Of a stretch of 33,607 bases of DNA, positions 24,547 to 33,607 are shown piece after piece (position 1 is the stretch's first letter; every line of letters begins with the position of its first letter). The notes under the pieces were generated by a model that ran no database searches, was not told the DNA's origin, and was given only the letters and a program-made list of their open reading frames with translations. Origin of the DNA: Candidatus Omnitrophota bacterium (GTDB taxonomy: Bacteria > Margulisbacteria > WOR-1 > XYC2-FULL-46-14 > WPAF01); contig DATJPS010000063.1 of assembly GCA_035506255.1 (NCBI GenBank), positions 1 through 33,607 on the forward strand. The letters run 5' to 3'. A program made the position numbers and the translations under genes.

Positions 24547-25053
24547 ATGAATTACCGGTCAAAGGAGATCAGGACAGCTTTGGTGGCGTTACTGGCGGTG
24601 ACGCTTTTCTGCGGACTGGCCGCGGCCGAGACCCGCACCTTCCGCCAGGTCCGGGACGTGGCGGTGACCGAACTCGGCAATGTCCGCCAGTTCGACGACA
24701 AAGCCGACCTTTTTGAGTTCACGTTCAACATCGACCAGGCAAAGAACACCATCACCCGCACCCGGGTCCAGCGGCTCGACCAGCCTGCTGCCACCAGCGA
24801 TGCCACCGTTTACAATATAATGCAGAAAGGCGAATTGCTGGGGAGCCCCGCCGGCAATGGCGGCAAGGTACTGATCGCGATCCGCAGGGACGGCGGGGAG
24901 ATACTGGAACTGGGACACCGCTTTGCCTTTACCATGCGCATTAGCCCGTTCTCGCAGGTGATCACCGGCATTTATCACCGTGAATTCGATCGGGACCACG
25001 AATATTTCCCGGGCGGCCACGGCCGCCGCGGCGAACACCGTCCGATCCGTTAG
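24547..25053 (+). CDS. hypothetical secreted protein
   Basis: 168 aa. GGAGGA RBS 9 nt upstream. The start abuts the previous stop. Signal peptide ...GLAAAE. No family recognised. Confidence 0.6.
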   Translation: MNYRSKEIRTALVALLAVTLFCGLAAAETRTFRQVRDVAVTELGNVRQFDDKADLFEFTFNIDQAKNTITRTRVQRLDQPAATSDATVYNIMQKGELLGSPAGNGGKVLIAIRRDGGEILELGHRFAFTMRISPFSQVITGIYHREFDRDHEYFPGGHGRRGEHRPIR

Positions 25054-25763
25054 AACCTGAAGCCGGCCAGCGCCGATAGTCCGCTGTTCGATGGGCTGAA
25101 CCCGGTGCGCACCTTGCCGTAACCGACCTCGATGAATAATTGCCCCGAACTGAGCGTCCCCGCTTCGAGCCCGAAATACGCCTCTCCCCCGATCGATCCG
25201 CTGCCGCCGCCGGTGGTCCAGGTGTCAAAGTTTATCCCGCCTCCGATGTACGGATTTATCCCCGGCGTGTACGCGGGGTTAAGATGGTATACCGCTTCGG
25301 CTATAAGAAGATCATGCTGTCGCTCGATATCGTTCGCGTCCTTGCCGTCGGCGTATCCCGCGCCCAGGCGCAGGCTCGTTGCCGTCAGCCCGAACGGTTC
25401 GAAGAACCTAATCTCCGCGATCCCCGCCGGCAGTCCTCCGATGCAGCCGCCCGCCAATCCCATCTGGGTCGTCTTTTGCGGCGGCGGAACGCGCTTCGCT
25501 TCGACCACCGGCAACGGAGCGGGAACGGCCGCCGGAGCCTCCACGGACGGGACCACGATGGTGCTCTGTTCTATGATGACCGGCCGCTCGATGATCCTGC
25601 GCTCGGGAATGCTGATGACGCTGATACGGGACCCGACCATCCGCCTCGCGCCAAAACCGGGACGGACGCGCGCGAACCTTCTTCTGGCGGCGAACGCCGG
25701 GTTAAAAGCCGACAATATCACTACCGACAAGATCAACAGGGAGATTATTTTTCTTTTTTCCAT
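25050..25763 (-). CDS. outer-membrane beta-barrel protein (small OMP), with Pro/Val-rich periplasmic linker
   Basis: Start at MEKRKIISLLILSVVILSAFNPAFA (GGAGAG RBS 8 nt upstream). The C-terminal ~130 aa show alternating hydrophobic beta-strand patterns and end ...LAGFRF with the terminal Phe typical of BAM substrates. Confidence 0.65.
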   Translation of the reverse strand: MEKRKIISLLILSVVILSAFNPAFAARRRFARVRPGFGARRMVGSRISVISIPERRIIERPVIIEQSTIVVPSVEAPAAVPAPLPVVEAKRVPPPQKTTQMGLAGGCIGGLPAGIAEIRFFEPFGLTATSLRLGAGYADGKDANDIERQHDLLIAEAVYHLNPAYTPGINPYIGGGINFDTWTTGGGSGSIGGEAYFGLEAGTLSSGQLFIEVGYGKVRTGFSPSNSGLSALAGFRF

Positions 25764-25809
25764 TCTATTGCTCTCCAATGGTTTAGACAAACCGAGGAAA
25801 AAAATAGTT

Positions 25810-26550
25810 TCAAATACCGGCGGTGATACCGGAGAGAATCTTCCTGACATCGCCGCGGAACACCCCGCCATGATAGCAGATCACGGTTGCGATATCGTAG
25901 TTCAAAAGCTTTTTTACCGACTTCAGCGCCTGGTCCAGGTCCGCGGCGTTCTCCGGCGCCGGGCCGACCAGCTCGCCGCCGATCAACCGCAGCGCGTCCC
26001 CCGCCACCAGCGTCCGGCTCAGCTCGTGATAAAGGGATATATGGCCCGGCGTATGGCCGGGCGTGCCGATCACCAGGATCCCGCCGCAATCGGGAAGCGC
26101 TTCGCCGTCGGCCAGCGTCCGGTCCACTTTCGCCTTCGGCGGGTTGGCCATGATCTCCAGGAACTGCCGGCGCCGCTCTTCGGGCAAGGTCGCCAGGAAC
26201 TTGTTCCGCGGCGACGGGTCGCCCTTTATCATTTTCTTTTCCCCTTCGATGTAAGGCTTGTCATCCGTCCCGCACAGCACTTCGATCTTCTTTTTAACGC
26301 TGCCGAGCAGGCCCGGTATATTGCCGATGTGGTCTACGTCCTGATGTGTGGCGATCACGCGGTCGATCTTATCCAGCGAACCCACCACCCGTTCCACCTC
26401 CGCCTTTAGCATCGGCAGCTGGCCGGGGAAGCCGGTATCGGCCAGAACTACCGACCGCTCATCGTAAAATAAAGTTGGATACACCGGGATCGGACGTCCC
26501 GTGGCGGCCGCCGCGACCTCGAGCATTTCCACCTTATCCGCTATCTTCAT
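25810..26550 (-). CDS. MBL-fold metallo-hydrolase
   Basis: 246-aa ORF. THQDVDHIGN (HxHxDH-type motif), GTPGHTPGH and a late H in VICYHGG. Confidence 0.85.
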   Translation of the reverse strand: MKIADKVEMLEVAAAATGRPIPVYPTLFYDERSVVLADTGFPGQLPMLKAEVERVVGSLDKIDRVIATHQDVDHIGNIPGLLGSVKKKIEVLCGTDDKPYIEGEKKMIKGDPSPRNKFLATLPEERRRQFLEIMANPPKAKVDRTLADGEALPDCGGILVIGTPGHTPGHISLYHELSRTLVAGDALRLIGGELVGPAPENAADLDQALKSVKKLLNYDIATVICYHGGVFRGDVRKILSGITAGI

Positions 26551-26566
26551 CTCCTCGCGCTCCTTT

Positions 26567-27343
26567 TTACAATACCACTTTGGGATACATGTACGCGCTG
26601 ATGACCGATATCACCAGCGTGGCGGCGGACAGGATCAGCAGGTCCAGCGGGAGCCGGGAAATGTTCCCGGTCACGAGCAGGGAACGGAGACCTTCCGCCA
26701 TATAGCTCAGCGGGTTCAATTTTGCCGCCGCCTGCAGCCACGGCGGCATGATGTTTATCGGATAGATGGCGTTGGAAGCAAAAAATAGCGGCAGGGTTAT
26801 CACCTGCCCGATCCCCATGAACCGTTCGCGGGTCTTGACGATCGACGCGATGATCATCGAAAGCCCGGTAAAGAAACCGGCGCCGAGCATGGTGATGACA
26901 ATTATCCCCAGCACGGTGGACGGCGTCCAGATGAGATGGATCTGCAGCAGCAGCGTGAAGAGGAAAATGATGACCACCTGGCATAGCCCGCGAAGTCCCG
27001 CCGAGATCATTTTCCCCCACACCAGCGCCATGCGCGGCGTGGGCGTCACCAGCAATTTTTGCAGCAGCCCCATGTCGCGTTCCCAGATGATCGAAAGCCC
27101 GTAAAAGATCGCCACAAATATCACCGACTGGGTCAGGATGCCGGGAGTGATGAACTGGAGATAGGTGTAACCGCCGGTCGGGATGGCCCGCACGTTGCTC
27201 AGCGCCTCGCCGAAAATTCCGAGCCAGAGTATGGGCTGTACCGCGCGGGTAATGAGCTCGGTCGGGTCGTGGACCAGCTTGCGCGCTTCCATTTCCGCGA
27301 TCACGTAAGACTTGAAGATCACCTGCCGGAGATAATCGATCAT
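26567..27343 (-). CDS. ABC-2 type transporter permease
   Basis: 258-aa ORF with six hydrophobic segments. 4-nt overlap with the upstream ATPase gene. Confidence 0.85.
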   Translation of the reverse strand: MIDYLRQVIFKSYVIAEMEARKLVHDPTELITRAVQPILWLGIFGEALSNVRAIPTGGYTYLQFITPGILTQSVIFVAIFYGLSIIWERDMGLLQKLLVTPTPRMALVWGKMISAGLRGLCQVVIIFLFTLLLQIHLIWTPSTVLGIIVITMLGAGFFTGLSMIIASIVKTRERFMGIGQVITLPLFFASNAIYPINIMPPWLQAAAKLNPLSYMAEGLRSLLVTGNISRLPLDLLILSAATLVISVISAYMYPKVVL

Positions 27344-28143
27344 CTCCGCTCCCTCCGGCGCGCCCTGCGGATCTCGCGGAAATTGCCGGTCTCCTGCAGC
27401 GAATTGCCGGTAAAGAAGATAAAGGCGTCCTCCAGCGTCGATCCCGGATCGCCGGTCTTCGCCTTCAATTCGGCCACGCTCCCGATCGCCGCGATCGCGC
27501 CGGCGTTCATCACCGCCACCCGCTCGCTCACATCCTCCGCCTCTTCCATGTTGTGGGTGGAAAAAAATATAGTGGTGCCGTAAAGGTCGCGGAGCTGCAA
27601 TAAATGCTCCCAGACGTTCTGTTTGGCCACCGGGTCCAGCCCCGTGGTCGGCTCGTCCAGCAAAAGCACGCGCGGATGGTGCGTCATCGCCAGCCCGATC
27701 TCAAGCTTCCGGATCATGCCGCCGGAAAAGGTCCTCACCAGCGCGTCGGCGAACTTTTCGAGCTTCAGGAATTCCAGGATCTGCCGTACGCGTTCCCCGC
27801 GCTCCGCCGCCGGAATGTCGTAGAGCTTTGCCATCAGCATCAGGTTCTCGTACGCGGTAAGAGAACCGTCCACCGAGATCATCTGCGGCACATAGCCGAT
27901 CGCCTTCCTTACCCCCGCCGGGTCGCGCGCGATGTCGTGCCCGTCTATGCCGGCGGTGCCGGCGGTCGGGGCCAGCAGGGTGATGAGCATCTTGATGGTG
28001 GTGGTCTTCCCCGCCCCGTTGGGGCCGAGGAAAGCGAAGATCTCGCCTTTCTCCACCGAGAACGAGACCTTATCGACGGCGGTGAAGTCGCCGAATTTCT
28101 TGGTCAGGCCGTTCACGGTTATGATCGTGGGTCGTTCGCCCAT
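27340..28143 (-). CDS. ABC transporter ATP-binding protein
   Basis: Walker A GPNGAGKTT, signature FSGGMIRK, Walker B LLLDEPTTGLD, H-loop STHNM. ATG 28143 preferred over the track's TTG 28179, which would overlap the RND gene. Confidence 0.9.
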   Translation of the reverse strand: MGERPTIITVNGLTKKFGDFTAVDKVSFSVEKGEIFAFLGPNGAGKTTTIKMLITLLAPTAGTAGIDGHDIARDPAGVRKAIGYVPQMISVDGSLTAYENLMLMAKLYDIPAAERGERVRQILEFLKLEKFADALVRTFSGGMIRKLEIGLAMTHHPRVLLLDEPTTGLDPVAKQNVWEHLLQLRDLYGTTIFFSTHNMEEAEDVSERVAVMNAGAIAAIGSVAELKAKTGDPGSTLEDAFIFFTGNSLQETGNFREIRRARRRERR

Positions 28144-28150
28144 GTCCTTA

Positions 28151-31100
28151 TTATCTCGCCTCCGCGCTGATGTTTTCAAGAGGGGCCACGGTTTCGTGCC
28201 GGTAGCCCATCAGGCTGTAAACGCAGGGAACGATATAGAGCGTCAGCAGGGTCGACACCAGCAACCCTCCGATAACGGCGATCGCCATTGGTGTGCGGGT
28301 CTCCGCCCCCGGGCCGAAGTTGATCGCGGCCGGGATGGCGCCGGCGATGGTGGCGGCGGAGGTCATCAATATCGGCCGCAGGCGGATGGGACACGCCTCC
28401 AGCAATGCGTCGCGTATCCCCAGTCCCTGTTCCCTTTTTTGATTGGTGAAGTCGACCAGCAAAATCGAATTCTTCTTTACCAGCCCCATCAATAAAATAA
28501 AACCGATCATGCTGAAGATGTTGAGCGACATGCCAGTAAGGTACATCGCCAGGAACGCGCCGGAAAAGCTGAACGGCAGGGCCAGCAACACCACCAGCGG
28601 GTCGATAAAGCTGTTGAACTGCGAGCCCAGCACCATATAAGCGACGATGATCCCCAGGATCAGCGCAAATACCAGGCTGGAGAACGATTCGTTGTACGCC
28701 TGCGAACTGCCGCTGAACACGATGTGATAGTCGCCCGGCAGGACCTGCTTGGAAACGCGGTCCACCGCCGAGATCACCTCCGCCTGAGATCTGCCCGGGG
28801 CCAGGTTGCCGAAAATGGTGGTGGCGCGCTCGCGATCGCTGCGATAAATGGTCTGCAATGCCGGGTTCTCCACCAGCTTAGTTACCTGGTTCAGCGGGAC
28901 CAGCTCGCCGCGATTATTGCGCACATAGACGTCCCGCACGATGTCGGCCTTTTGATGTTCGCCGTCCTGCATTTTCACGTTGATGTCGTAACGGTGGCCG
29001 TTGCGTTCGAACGTTCCTGCTTTATAACCTCCCACCAGGATGGAAAGGTTCTGCGCGATGACGCCAAAACTCACTCCATGCTCCGCCGCTTTTTCGCGGT
29101 CGGGAACGATATCGTACTCCGTCATCCCCAGCTGGTAGTTGGTACCCAGGTCGGTCATCAGGCCGGTCCGGTCGAGCTCATCCGTCAGTTTCTGCGTGTA
29201 TTCCCCCAGCTTGTCCCATTCCGGTCCCCTCACCGTGAACTCGATGGGAAAACCGGCGCCGGTGGAAAAACCGCGCAGCGAAAGGTCCTGGATGAAAGCT
29301 TTGAGGTCCGGGATCTTCTTCAGCGCGCCGCGCACCGCCAGCATCGATTCCGACTGCGATAGTTCGTGATGCATCCTCGGGTCGATGCCGCGCATCCCCC
29401 GGGGCTTCATTGTCACGAAGATCTGGCCGGAATTGAACACGCCTCCGCCGGAGAATCCGCCGATGGTGGTAAAGCAGCCGGAGACCTCGGGACGTTTCAA
29501 TAGTTCCGCTTCCACCAGCCTGGCTTTCTGGTCGGTGAAGTTGAGCGACGCCCAGGCGGGGGTCTGCAGCCGTACCAGGTAAAGGCTCTGGTCCTGCGGA
29601 GGGACGAACTCGGTGCGCAGCATCCGCCCCACCGAAAAAGTTAGCAGGAAGAACACCAGCGAGCCGGCCACCACCTGCCAGCGGTGGTCCAGCGCCCAGG
29701 AAAGCGAACTGCGGTACCATTCGCGCAGCGCCTTGAACCCATTGTCTACCGCCCGGGTAAAGCGGCTGTGGCGTGCGACGGAGACGAACTGCGACGCGCG
29801 CATGGGGGTGAGCGTCAGCGCCTCGAACAGCGAAAGCAGCACCGCGATGGTGATGGTGACGCCGAATTGGAAAAAATACTTCCCGATGATCCCGGTCATG
29901 AAAGCGACCGGGAGGAAGATGGCGATGATGGCGATGCTGGCGGCGGTGGCGGCAAAGGTGATCTCGCGCGCGCCGATCAGCGCCGCCGCCACCCGCTCCT
30001 GCCCCGCCTCCTGATGCCGGACGATGTTCTCCAGCACCATGATGGCGTCGTCCACCACGATCCCGATCGCCAGGCTGAGCGCGATCATGGTAAAGGTGTT
30101 GAGCGTAAAACCGAAAAAGTAGATCAGCAGGAACGACCCGACTATCGAGGTGGGAATAGCGAGCCAGACGTTGAAGGCCGAGGTCCAGGAGCCGAGGAAC
30201 AGCCAGCAGACCAGGCCGGTGAGGATGGCGGAAAGCAGCAGCGTGAACTTTAGCTCGTTGACCGCGTCCTCTATGTATTTGGTGTTATCGACGCGGACGC
30301 TCAGGTCCATGCCGGCCGGAAGGTCCTTTTTCACTTCGGCCAGGCGGGCGGTGACGGCGTGCGCCACGTCCACCGCGTTGGTGCCGCGCTGTTTAACGAT
30401 CCCCAGGCCGACGGCAAAGTCGCCGTTCGCCCGGCTCAAGTGCTCGATATCGGCCAGGTTATCCTCGATCCTCGCCACCCGGATGATGGGGACCGGCGCG
30501 TAATTGGGCTGGCCGCCGCGGGCGTTGATGCGCAGCTGTTCGAACTCGGCGGCGCTCTTCGCCTCTCCCATCGTCCTTACGGTATGGTCCATTTTATCGT
30601 CCTGGACATAGCCGCCCGGCAGTTCCACATGCTCGTTCTGCACGGTGCTGACCACGTCCTGCGCCGTCAGGTTGTAGGCGGCCAGGTCCTTTTTCCGTAT
30701 CCAGACCCGCAGGCTGGGATCGGTGTATCCTCCCAGCAGGATGTTGCCCACGCCGGAAACGGTGGAGAACGAATCTTTTAGATTGTCGTGAACATATGCC
30801 ATCAGGTCGCGCGGCGGGACCGAACCGTCGCTCTTTAGCGAAAGCCAGATTATCGGCTGGTCCTCCGGATTGGTCTTGGTGATCACCGGCGGGTCAAGGT
30901 CGGGAGGCAGCAGGCGCTGCGCCTGCGAGATCTTGGTCTGCACTTCCTGCAGAGCGACGTCGATGTCGCGGTTCAGGTCGAACTCCACCGTCACCGTCGC
31001 CGAACCGTCGCGCGCGGTGGAAGTGACCGACTTTACCCCCTGCACTCCCATCACCGCGTCCTCCACGAAATCGACGACGTCGGTCTCCATGATCTGCGGC

Positions 31101-31264
31101 GACGCGCCGCTGTAGTTGAGGTTGATCGAAATGATCGGGAAATCGACGTCCGGCATCAGGCTGATCCCCATGCGCCAGAACGCCAGCGCGCCGAACAGGA
31201 TGAGCGCGAACATCATCATCCAGGCAAAGACCGGCCGCTTGATGGAAATGTCGGAAAGGATCAT
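28151..31264 (-). CDS. RND efflux transporter inner-membrane permease (AcrB/HAE-like)
   Basis: 1037-aa ORF. N-terminal SIKRPVFAWMMMFALILFG..., 12-TM pattern with two large periplasmic loops, and conserved GIVVDDAIMVLENI. Confidence 0.93.
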   Translation of the reverse strand: MILSDISIKRPVFAWMMMFALILFGALAFWRMGISLMPDVDFPIISINLNYSGASPQIMETDVVDFVEDAVMGVQGVKSVTSTARDGSATVTVEFDLNRDIDVALQEVQTKISQAQRLLPPDLDPPVITKTNPEDQPIIWLSLKSDGSVPPRDLMAYVHDNLKDSFSTVSGVGNILLGGYTDPSLRVWIRKKDLAAYNLTAQDVVSTVQNEHVELPGGYVQDDKMDHTVRTMGEAKSAAEFEQLRINARGGQPNYAPVPIIRVARIEDNLADIEHLSRANGDFAVGLGIVKQRGTNAVDVAHAVTARLAEVKKDLPAGMDLSVRVDNTKYIEDAVNELKFTLLLSAILTGLVCWLFLGSWTSAFNVWLAIPTSIVGSFLLIYFFGFTLNTFTMIALSLAIGIVVDDAIMVLENIVRHQEAGQERVAAALIGAREITFAATAASIAIIAIFLPVAFMTGIIGKYFFQFGVTITIAVLLSLFEALTLTPMRASQFVSVARHSRFTRAVDNGFKALREWYRSSLSWALDHRWQVVAGSLVFFLLTFSVGRMLRTEFVPPQDQSLYLVRLQTPAWASLNFTDQKARLVEAELLKRPEVSGCFTTIGGFSGGGVFNSGQIFVTMKPRGMRGIDPRMHHELSQSESMLAVRGALKKIPDLKAFIQDLSLRGFSTGAGFPIEFTVRGPEWDKLGEYTQKLTDELDRTGLMTDLGTNYQLGMTEYDIVPDREKAAEHGVSFGVIAQNLSILVGGYKAGTFERNGHRYDINVKMQDGEHQKADIVRDVYVRNNRGELVPLNQVTKLVENPALQTIYRSDRERATTIFGNLAPGRSQAEVISAVDRVSKQVLPGDYHIVFSGSSQAYNESFSSLVFALILGIIVAYMVLGSQFNSFIDPLVVLLALPFSFSGAFLAMYLTGMSLNIFSMIGFILLMGLVKKNSILLVDFTNQKREQGLGIRDALLEACPIRLRPILMTSAATIAGAIPAAINFGPGAETRTPMAIAVIGGLLVSTLLTLYIVPCVYSLMGYRHETVAPLENISAEAR

Positions 31265-32523
31265 TCGCCGCCCTCCGGGACATCAATGCCCGCTGTGATC
31301 GAGGTCAGGCGCGCGCGGTCGGACTTGAGCGCGTAGACCGCCCTGTTCAGCGAGCGTGAAGCGTCCTGATATGATGTCAGAGCGGTCAATACGTCCAGGT
31401 TCGAGACCAGCCCGAGCTCGTAATCGCCCGCTACCGCCTTATAATTTTGTTCCGCCAGCCGCGCAGCTTCGCCGAACCGCGCGATCTGTTCCCGGTCCGA
31501 TGCCACTTGTTCGTAGACCGTTCTCAAGTTCTCTTCCGCCTGCCGCTTCACCAGCTGCAGCGCGATGCGGCTCTGCTTCAATAGCGATCCGGCCTCCGCT
31601 TTTTTTGAAGTGTTGTACCATCCGGTAAATACCGGCAGGGTCACGCTGATCTGGGCGTCCCATTTGTCGTAAAGCCCCGGCCCGTGCGGCTGGTTAAGGT
31701 AAGCGTTGCCCGCCAGGTCGGCCGAAGGGAGCATGGCGCCGTTCGCGATCTCCACGTTCTTTTCCGCCGCCTCGACGTTCGCTTTCGCGGCGCCGATATC
31801 CGGCCGCTGTTCAAGCATTTTCAAATACCGGCCGACATCTCCAAGTTCCCCGTCCTGCCCCGCCTGGTCGCTAAGCTTAATGTCCGACGGCCGTCCGGTC
31901 AGGAACGACAGCATTTCCCGGGCGGCCATAAGCTGCGCCTTTACCTGTTCGATCTGTCCTGCCAGCGCAGCGCGCGCGGCCTGGACGCTCAGGACATCGG
32001 TCCGGCGGGAGCGGCCGATCGCGACCCGGGCCGAAAGGTCTTTGACCCTCTGATCGTAAAGCCCGGATTCTTTTTGCAATATCGCCAGGTCCTGTTCCAG
32101 CGAGATCGCCAGGAAGAACGCCTGCGAAACATCGCCGTAAAGCTGAAGCGCGGCCCAGCGGTACGCCTGCTTTTGCGACGTGATCACGCTCTGGTTCTGT
32201 TTCAGCGTTGCAAAATCTCGGAAACCGCGGAACAGCGGCAGCGAGAGGTATGCTTTTCCCGTGTCCTGGTCGGGGAGCGAGTCCAGCTTCTGGAGCGAAT
32301 ATCCCAGCCCCAGGTTCGGAAGCATCACCGCCAGCGCCTGCCGGTAGTGCTCTTCCGCCTGGTGGATGGTCTCCTGCTGGGTAGCTACGGTCTCGCTTTG
32401 TTTCAGCGCCGCTCGATAACAATCATCGAGCGTAACGGCGGCATCATTGTTCGCGGCATGCACGGTCGAAATATTCGCTGCAGTAATAAAAAAAGCGATC
32501 GCTAGAATGGTCTTTATCTTCAT
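31261..32523 (-). CDS. TolC-family outer membrane efflux protein
   Basis: 420-aa ORF. Signal peptide ...STVHA. Two repeated halves rich in coiled-coil heptads (LDDCYRAALKQSETV..., RPDIGAAKANVEAAEKNVEIA). ATGA overlap with the RND gene. Confidence 0.88.
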   Translation of the reverse strand: MKIKTILAIAFFITAANISTVHAANNDAAVTLDDCYRAALKQSETVATQQETIHQAEEHYRQALAVMLPNLGLGYSLQKLDSLPDQDTGKAYLSLPLFRGFRDFATLKQNQSVITSQKQAYRWAALQLYGDVSQAFFLAISLEQDLAILQKESGLYDQRVKDLSARVAIGRSRRTDVLSVQAARAALAGQIEQVKAQLMAAREMLSFLTGRPSDIKLSDQAGQDGELGDVGRYLKMLEQRPDIGAAKANVEAAEKNVEIANGAMLPSADLAGNAYLNQPHGPGLYDKWDAQISVTLPVFTGWYNTSKKAEAGSLLKQSRIALQLVKRQAEENLRTVYEQVASDREQIARFGEAARLAEQNYKAVAGDYELGLVSNLDVLTALTSYQDASRSLNRAVYALKSDRARLTSITAGIDVPEGGE

Positions 32524-32599
32524 TTTTCGGATCTTTCTATTATATTATATCAGATATCCTGGTTACTTAGACATTTGAGGGCGGTCAATGGTTCCGCTA

Positions 32600-32941
32600 T
32601 TACTCGGTCTGCAGGTGGAACCGGTGCAGAAAGCGGTGGATGACCGGGGCGAGCAGGATCGCGGCCACCGTGAGGAATGCGATGCCGCTGTAAAGCGCGT
32701 AGAATGTGGCGAACAATTTTCCCGCCGTTGTACGCAGAATGTCGACCGGCCCCATCCCGCCCAGTATCATCGCCGCGTTGAGCAGAGAATCGAGCCAGGA
32801 AAGCTTTTCAGTAAAATGGTAACCCGCCGCCCCCATTAGCAGGGAGAACGCGATGAACGCCAGCGCGATCAGGAAGCTGTTGAACAGCCGGCCAAGGAAC
32901 TTGTTGAAAGGGATCAGCGGTTCGCGGTGATGCTCGTACAT
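32600..32941 (-). CDS. small two-TM membrane protein, possibly a pore-loop ion-channel-like protein
   Basis: 113-aa ORF. TM - SWLDSLLNAAMILGGMGPVD - TM resembles a pore-helix/filter arrangement, but with GGMGP instead of TVGYG. Weak call. Confidence 0.4.
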   Translation of the reverse strand: MYEHHREPLIPFNKFLGRLFNSFLIALAFIAFSLLMGAAGYHFTEKLSWLDSLLNAAMILGGMGPVDILRTTAGKLFATFYALYSGIAFLTVAAILLAPVIHRFLHRFHLQTE

Positions 32942-32963
32942 GGGATATCCTTCTGGTCCCGGG

Positions 32964-33242
32964 TCATTTTTTTACCGGTCTCCCGGACCTGCGGTATGCT
33001 TCCCAGCTTACGGAACGCGCGCGCAGATCATGCATCTGCTGCATCCGCACTTTATGCTCCTGCATTAATTTGATGTGCATGTCCCGCATCTTCGCGCGCA
33101 GCTTCTGGACCCTGACCGCTTCGGCCGTGGGGTACGAACGCATGTGCTGGGGGATATGCCGCTGGACCCGCGCCGGTGTCGCCGCCACCGCCGCCAAAGC
33201 CATAAATATTATCGCCAGTGATGTTAACAATGTTCTTTTCAT
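32964..33242 (-). CDS. small periplasmic helical protein (Spy/CpxP/ZraP-like flavour), hypothetical
   Basis: 92-aa ORF. GGGAGGG RBS. Signal peptide ...AAVAA. The mature part is highly basic with repeated M/H/Q/R helices. Confidence 0.5.
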   Translation of the reverse strand: MKRTLLTSLAIIFMALAAVAATPARVQRHIPQHMRSYPTAEAVRVQKLRAKMRDMHIKLMQEHKVRMQQMHDLRARSVSWEAYRRSGRPVKK

Positions 33243-33290
33243 TTCAAAACCCTCCCGGCCGGTATTCTACCACGCCCTCTGATATAACGC

Positions 33291-33607
33291 CTACTTCTTT
33301 TCAAGACGGTCGTAGTAGCTGGTCACTTTTTCCGCCGCCGCGCGCGGGGCGATCCCGGCCGGAAGTTCGATGTCGGCCGTCTTTTCCACGAAGTAATTCT
33401 CCCCCGCGATCACCGTCACCATATCGTAGCCGCGTAAAATTATCCGGAAGCTCTCAATATCGTTCTCGTCCAGGTCGGAGGCGGTGGCGATCACCGTCAG
33501 CCCGGCGGAAAGCAGGACGTTCACCACTTCCGCCAGCCGGCGCACGTGCTCGTTCCGGTACTTTTCGGCCGATTTGATATCGGAGTCCACACCGTAGATC
33601 ACGCTCC
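33291..33607 (-). CDS. adenylyl-sulfate (APS) kinase-like protein, C-terminal part (5' end outside window)
   Basis: The frame is open to the window edge. ...YGVDSDIKSAEKYRNEHVRRLAEVVNVLLSAGLTVIATASDL parallels the APS kinase LDGD..R..L......R.ENIRR..EVAKL..DAG.IV core. The assignment is tentative. Confidence 0.4.
   Translation of the reverse strand, partial: SVIYGVDSDIKSAEKYRNEHVRRLAEVVNVLLSAGLTVIATASDLDENDIESFRIILRGYDMVTVIAGENYFVEKTADIELPAGIAPRAAAEKVTSYYDRLEKK

Overview
High-GC (roughly 58-60% by eye) bacterial chromosomal fragment from a diderm organism, judged from a TolC-family protein, a C-terminal-Phe beta-barrel protein and several lipoboxes. About 45 genes are supportable. Most are ordinary. 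Genes on the minus strand: a partial HypC-like gene, an M13 peptidase and a SAM methyltransferase at 1-3145. A nine-gene string at 13554-5834 encodes membrane proteins, FMN reductase, an APC permease, a lipase-like hydrolase, glpK, a FAD glycerol-3-phosphate dehydrogenase-like enzyme, a second flavoprotein and DUF1667. Other genes: an MbfA-like erythrin-VIT1 gene, a GNAT, a nitroreductase-DoxX pair, tam and an SDR. A further string encodes TolC, an RND pump, an ABC ATPase, an ABC-2 permease and an MBL hydrolase. Six things stand out. (1) A sharply AT-rich (~30% GC) ~1.4 kb island at 19686-21086 holds one 409-aa SIR2_2-like gene with the N and H catalytic motifs and no known partner. A vestigial copy of the nitroreductase 3' end lies at its edge. 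This is my best candidate for a new single-gene NADase-type defence module. (2) A ~235-270 nt structured element occurs twice in direct orientation (13675-13946 and 22208-22439). It shows compensatory and G-U-preserving substitutions, so it is a candidate ncRNA or a non-autonomous mobile element. (3) Dense arrays of a TATCCGTTGATAG-type repeat, plus a duplicated 107-nt palindrome-hairpin-terminator module, bracket yjbQ. (4) A GtrA / GT2 / GT-C glycosylation triad is followed by four tandem, translationally coupled small secreted proteins that share a novel C-terminal motif plus membrane anchor. (5) CGTAAT-type 7-nt periodic repeats occur three times in the glp genes. (6) The RND/TolC operon has no membrane-fusion adaptor gene. 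Many operon-first genes have a -10 hexamer 5-11 nt from the start codon, which suggests leaderless mRNAs. All functional calls rest on motifs I recognise by eye; no database search was possible.
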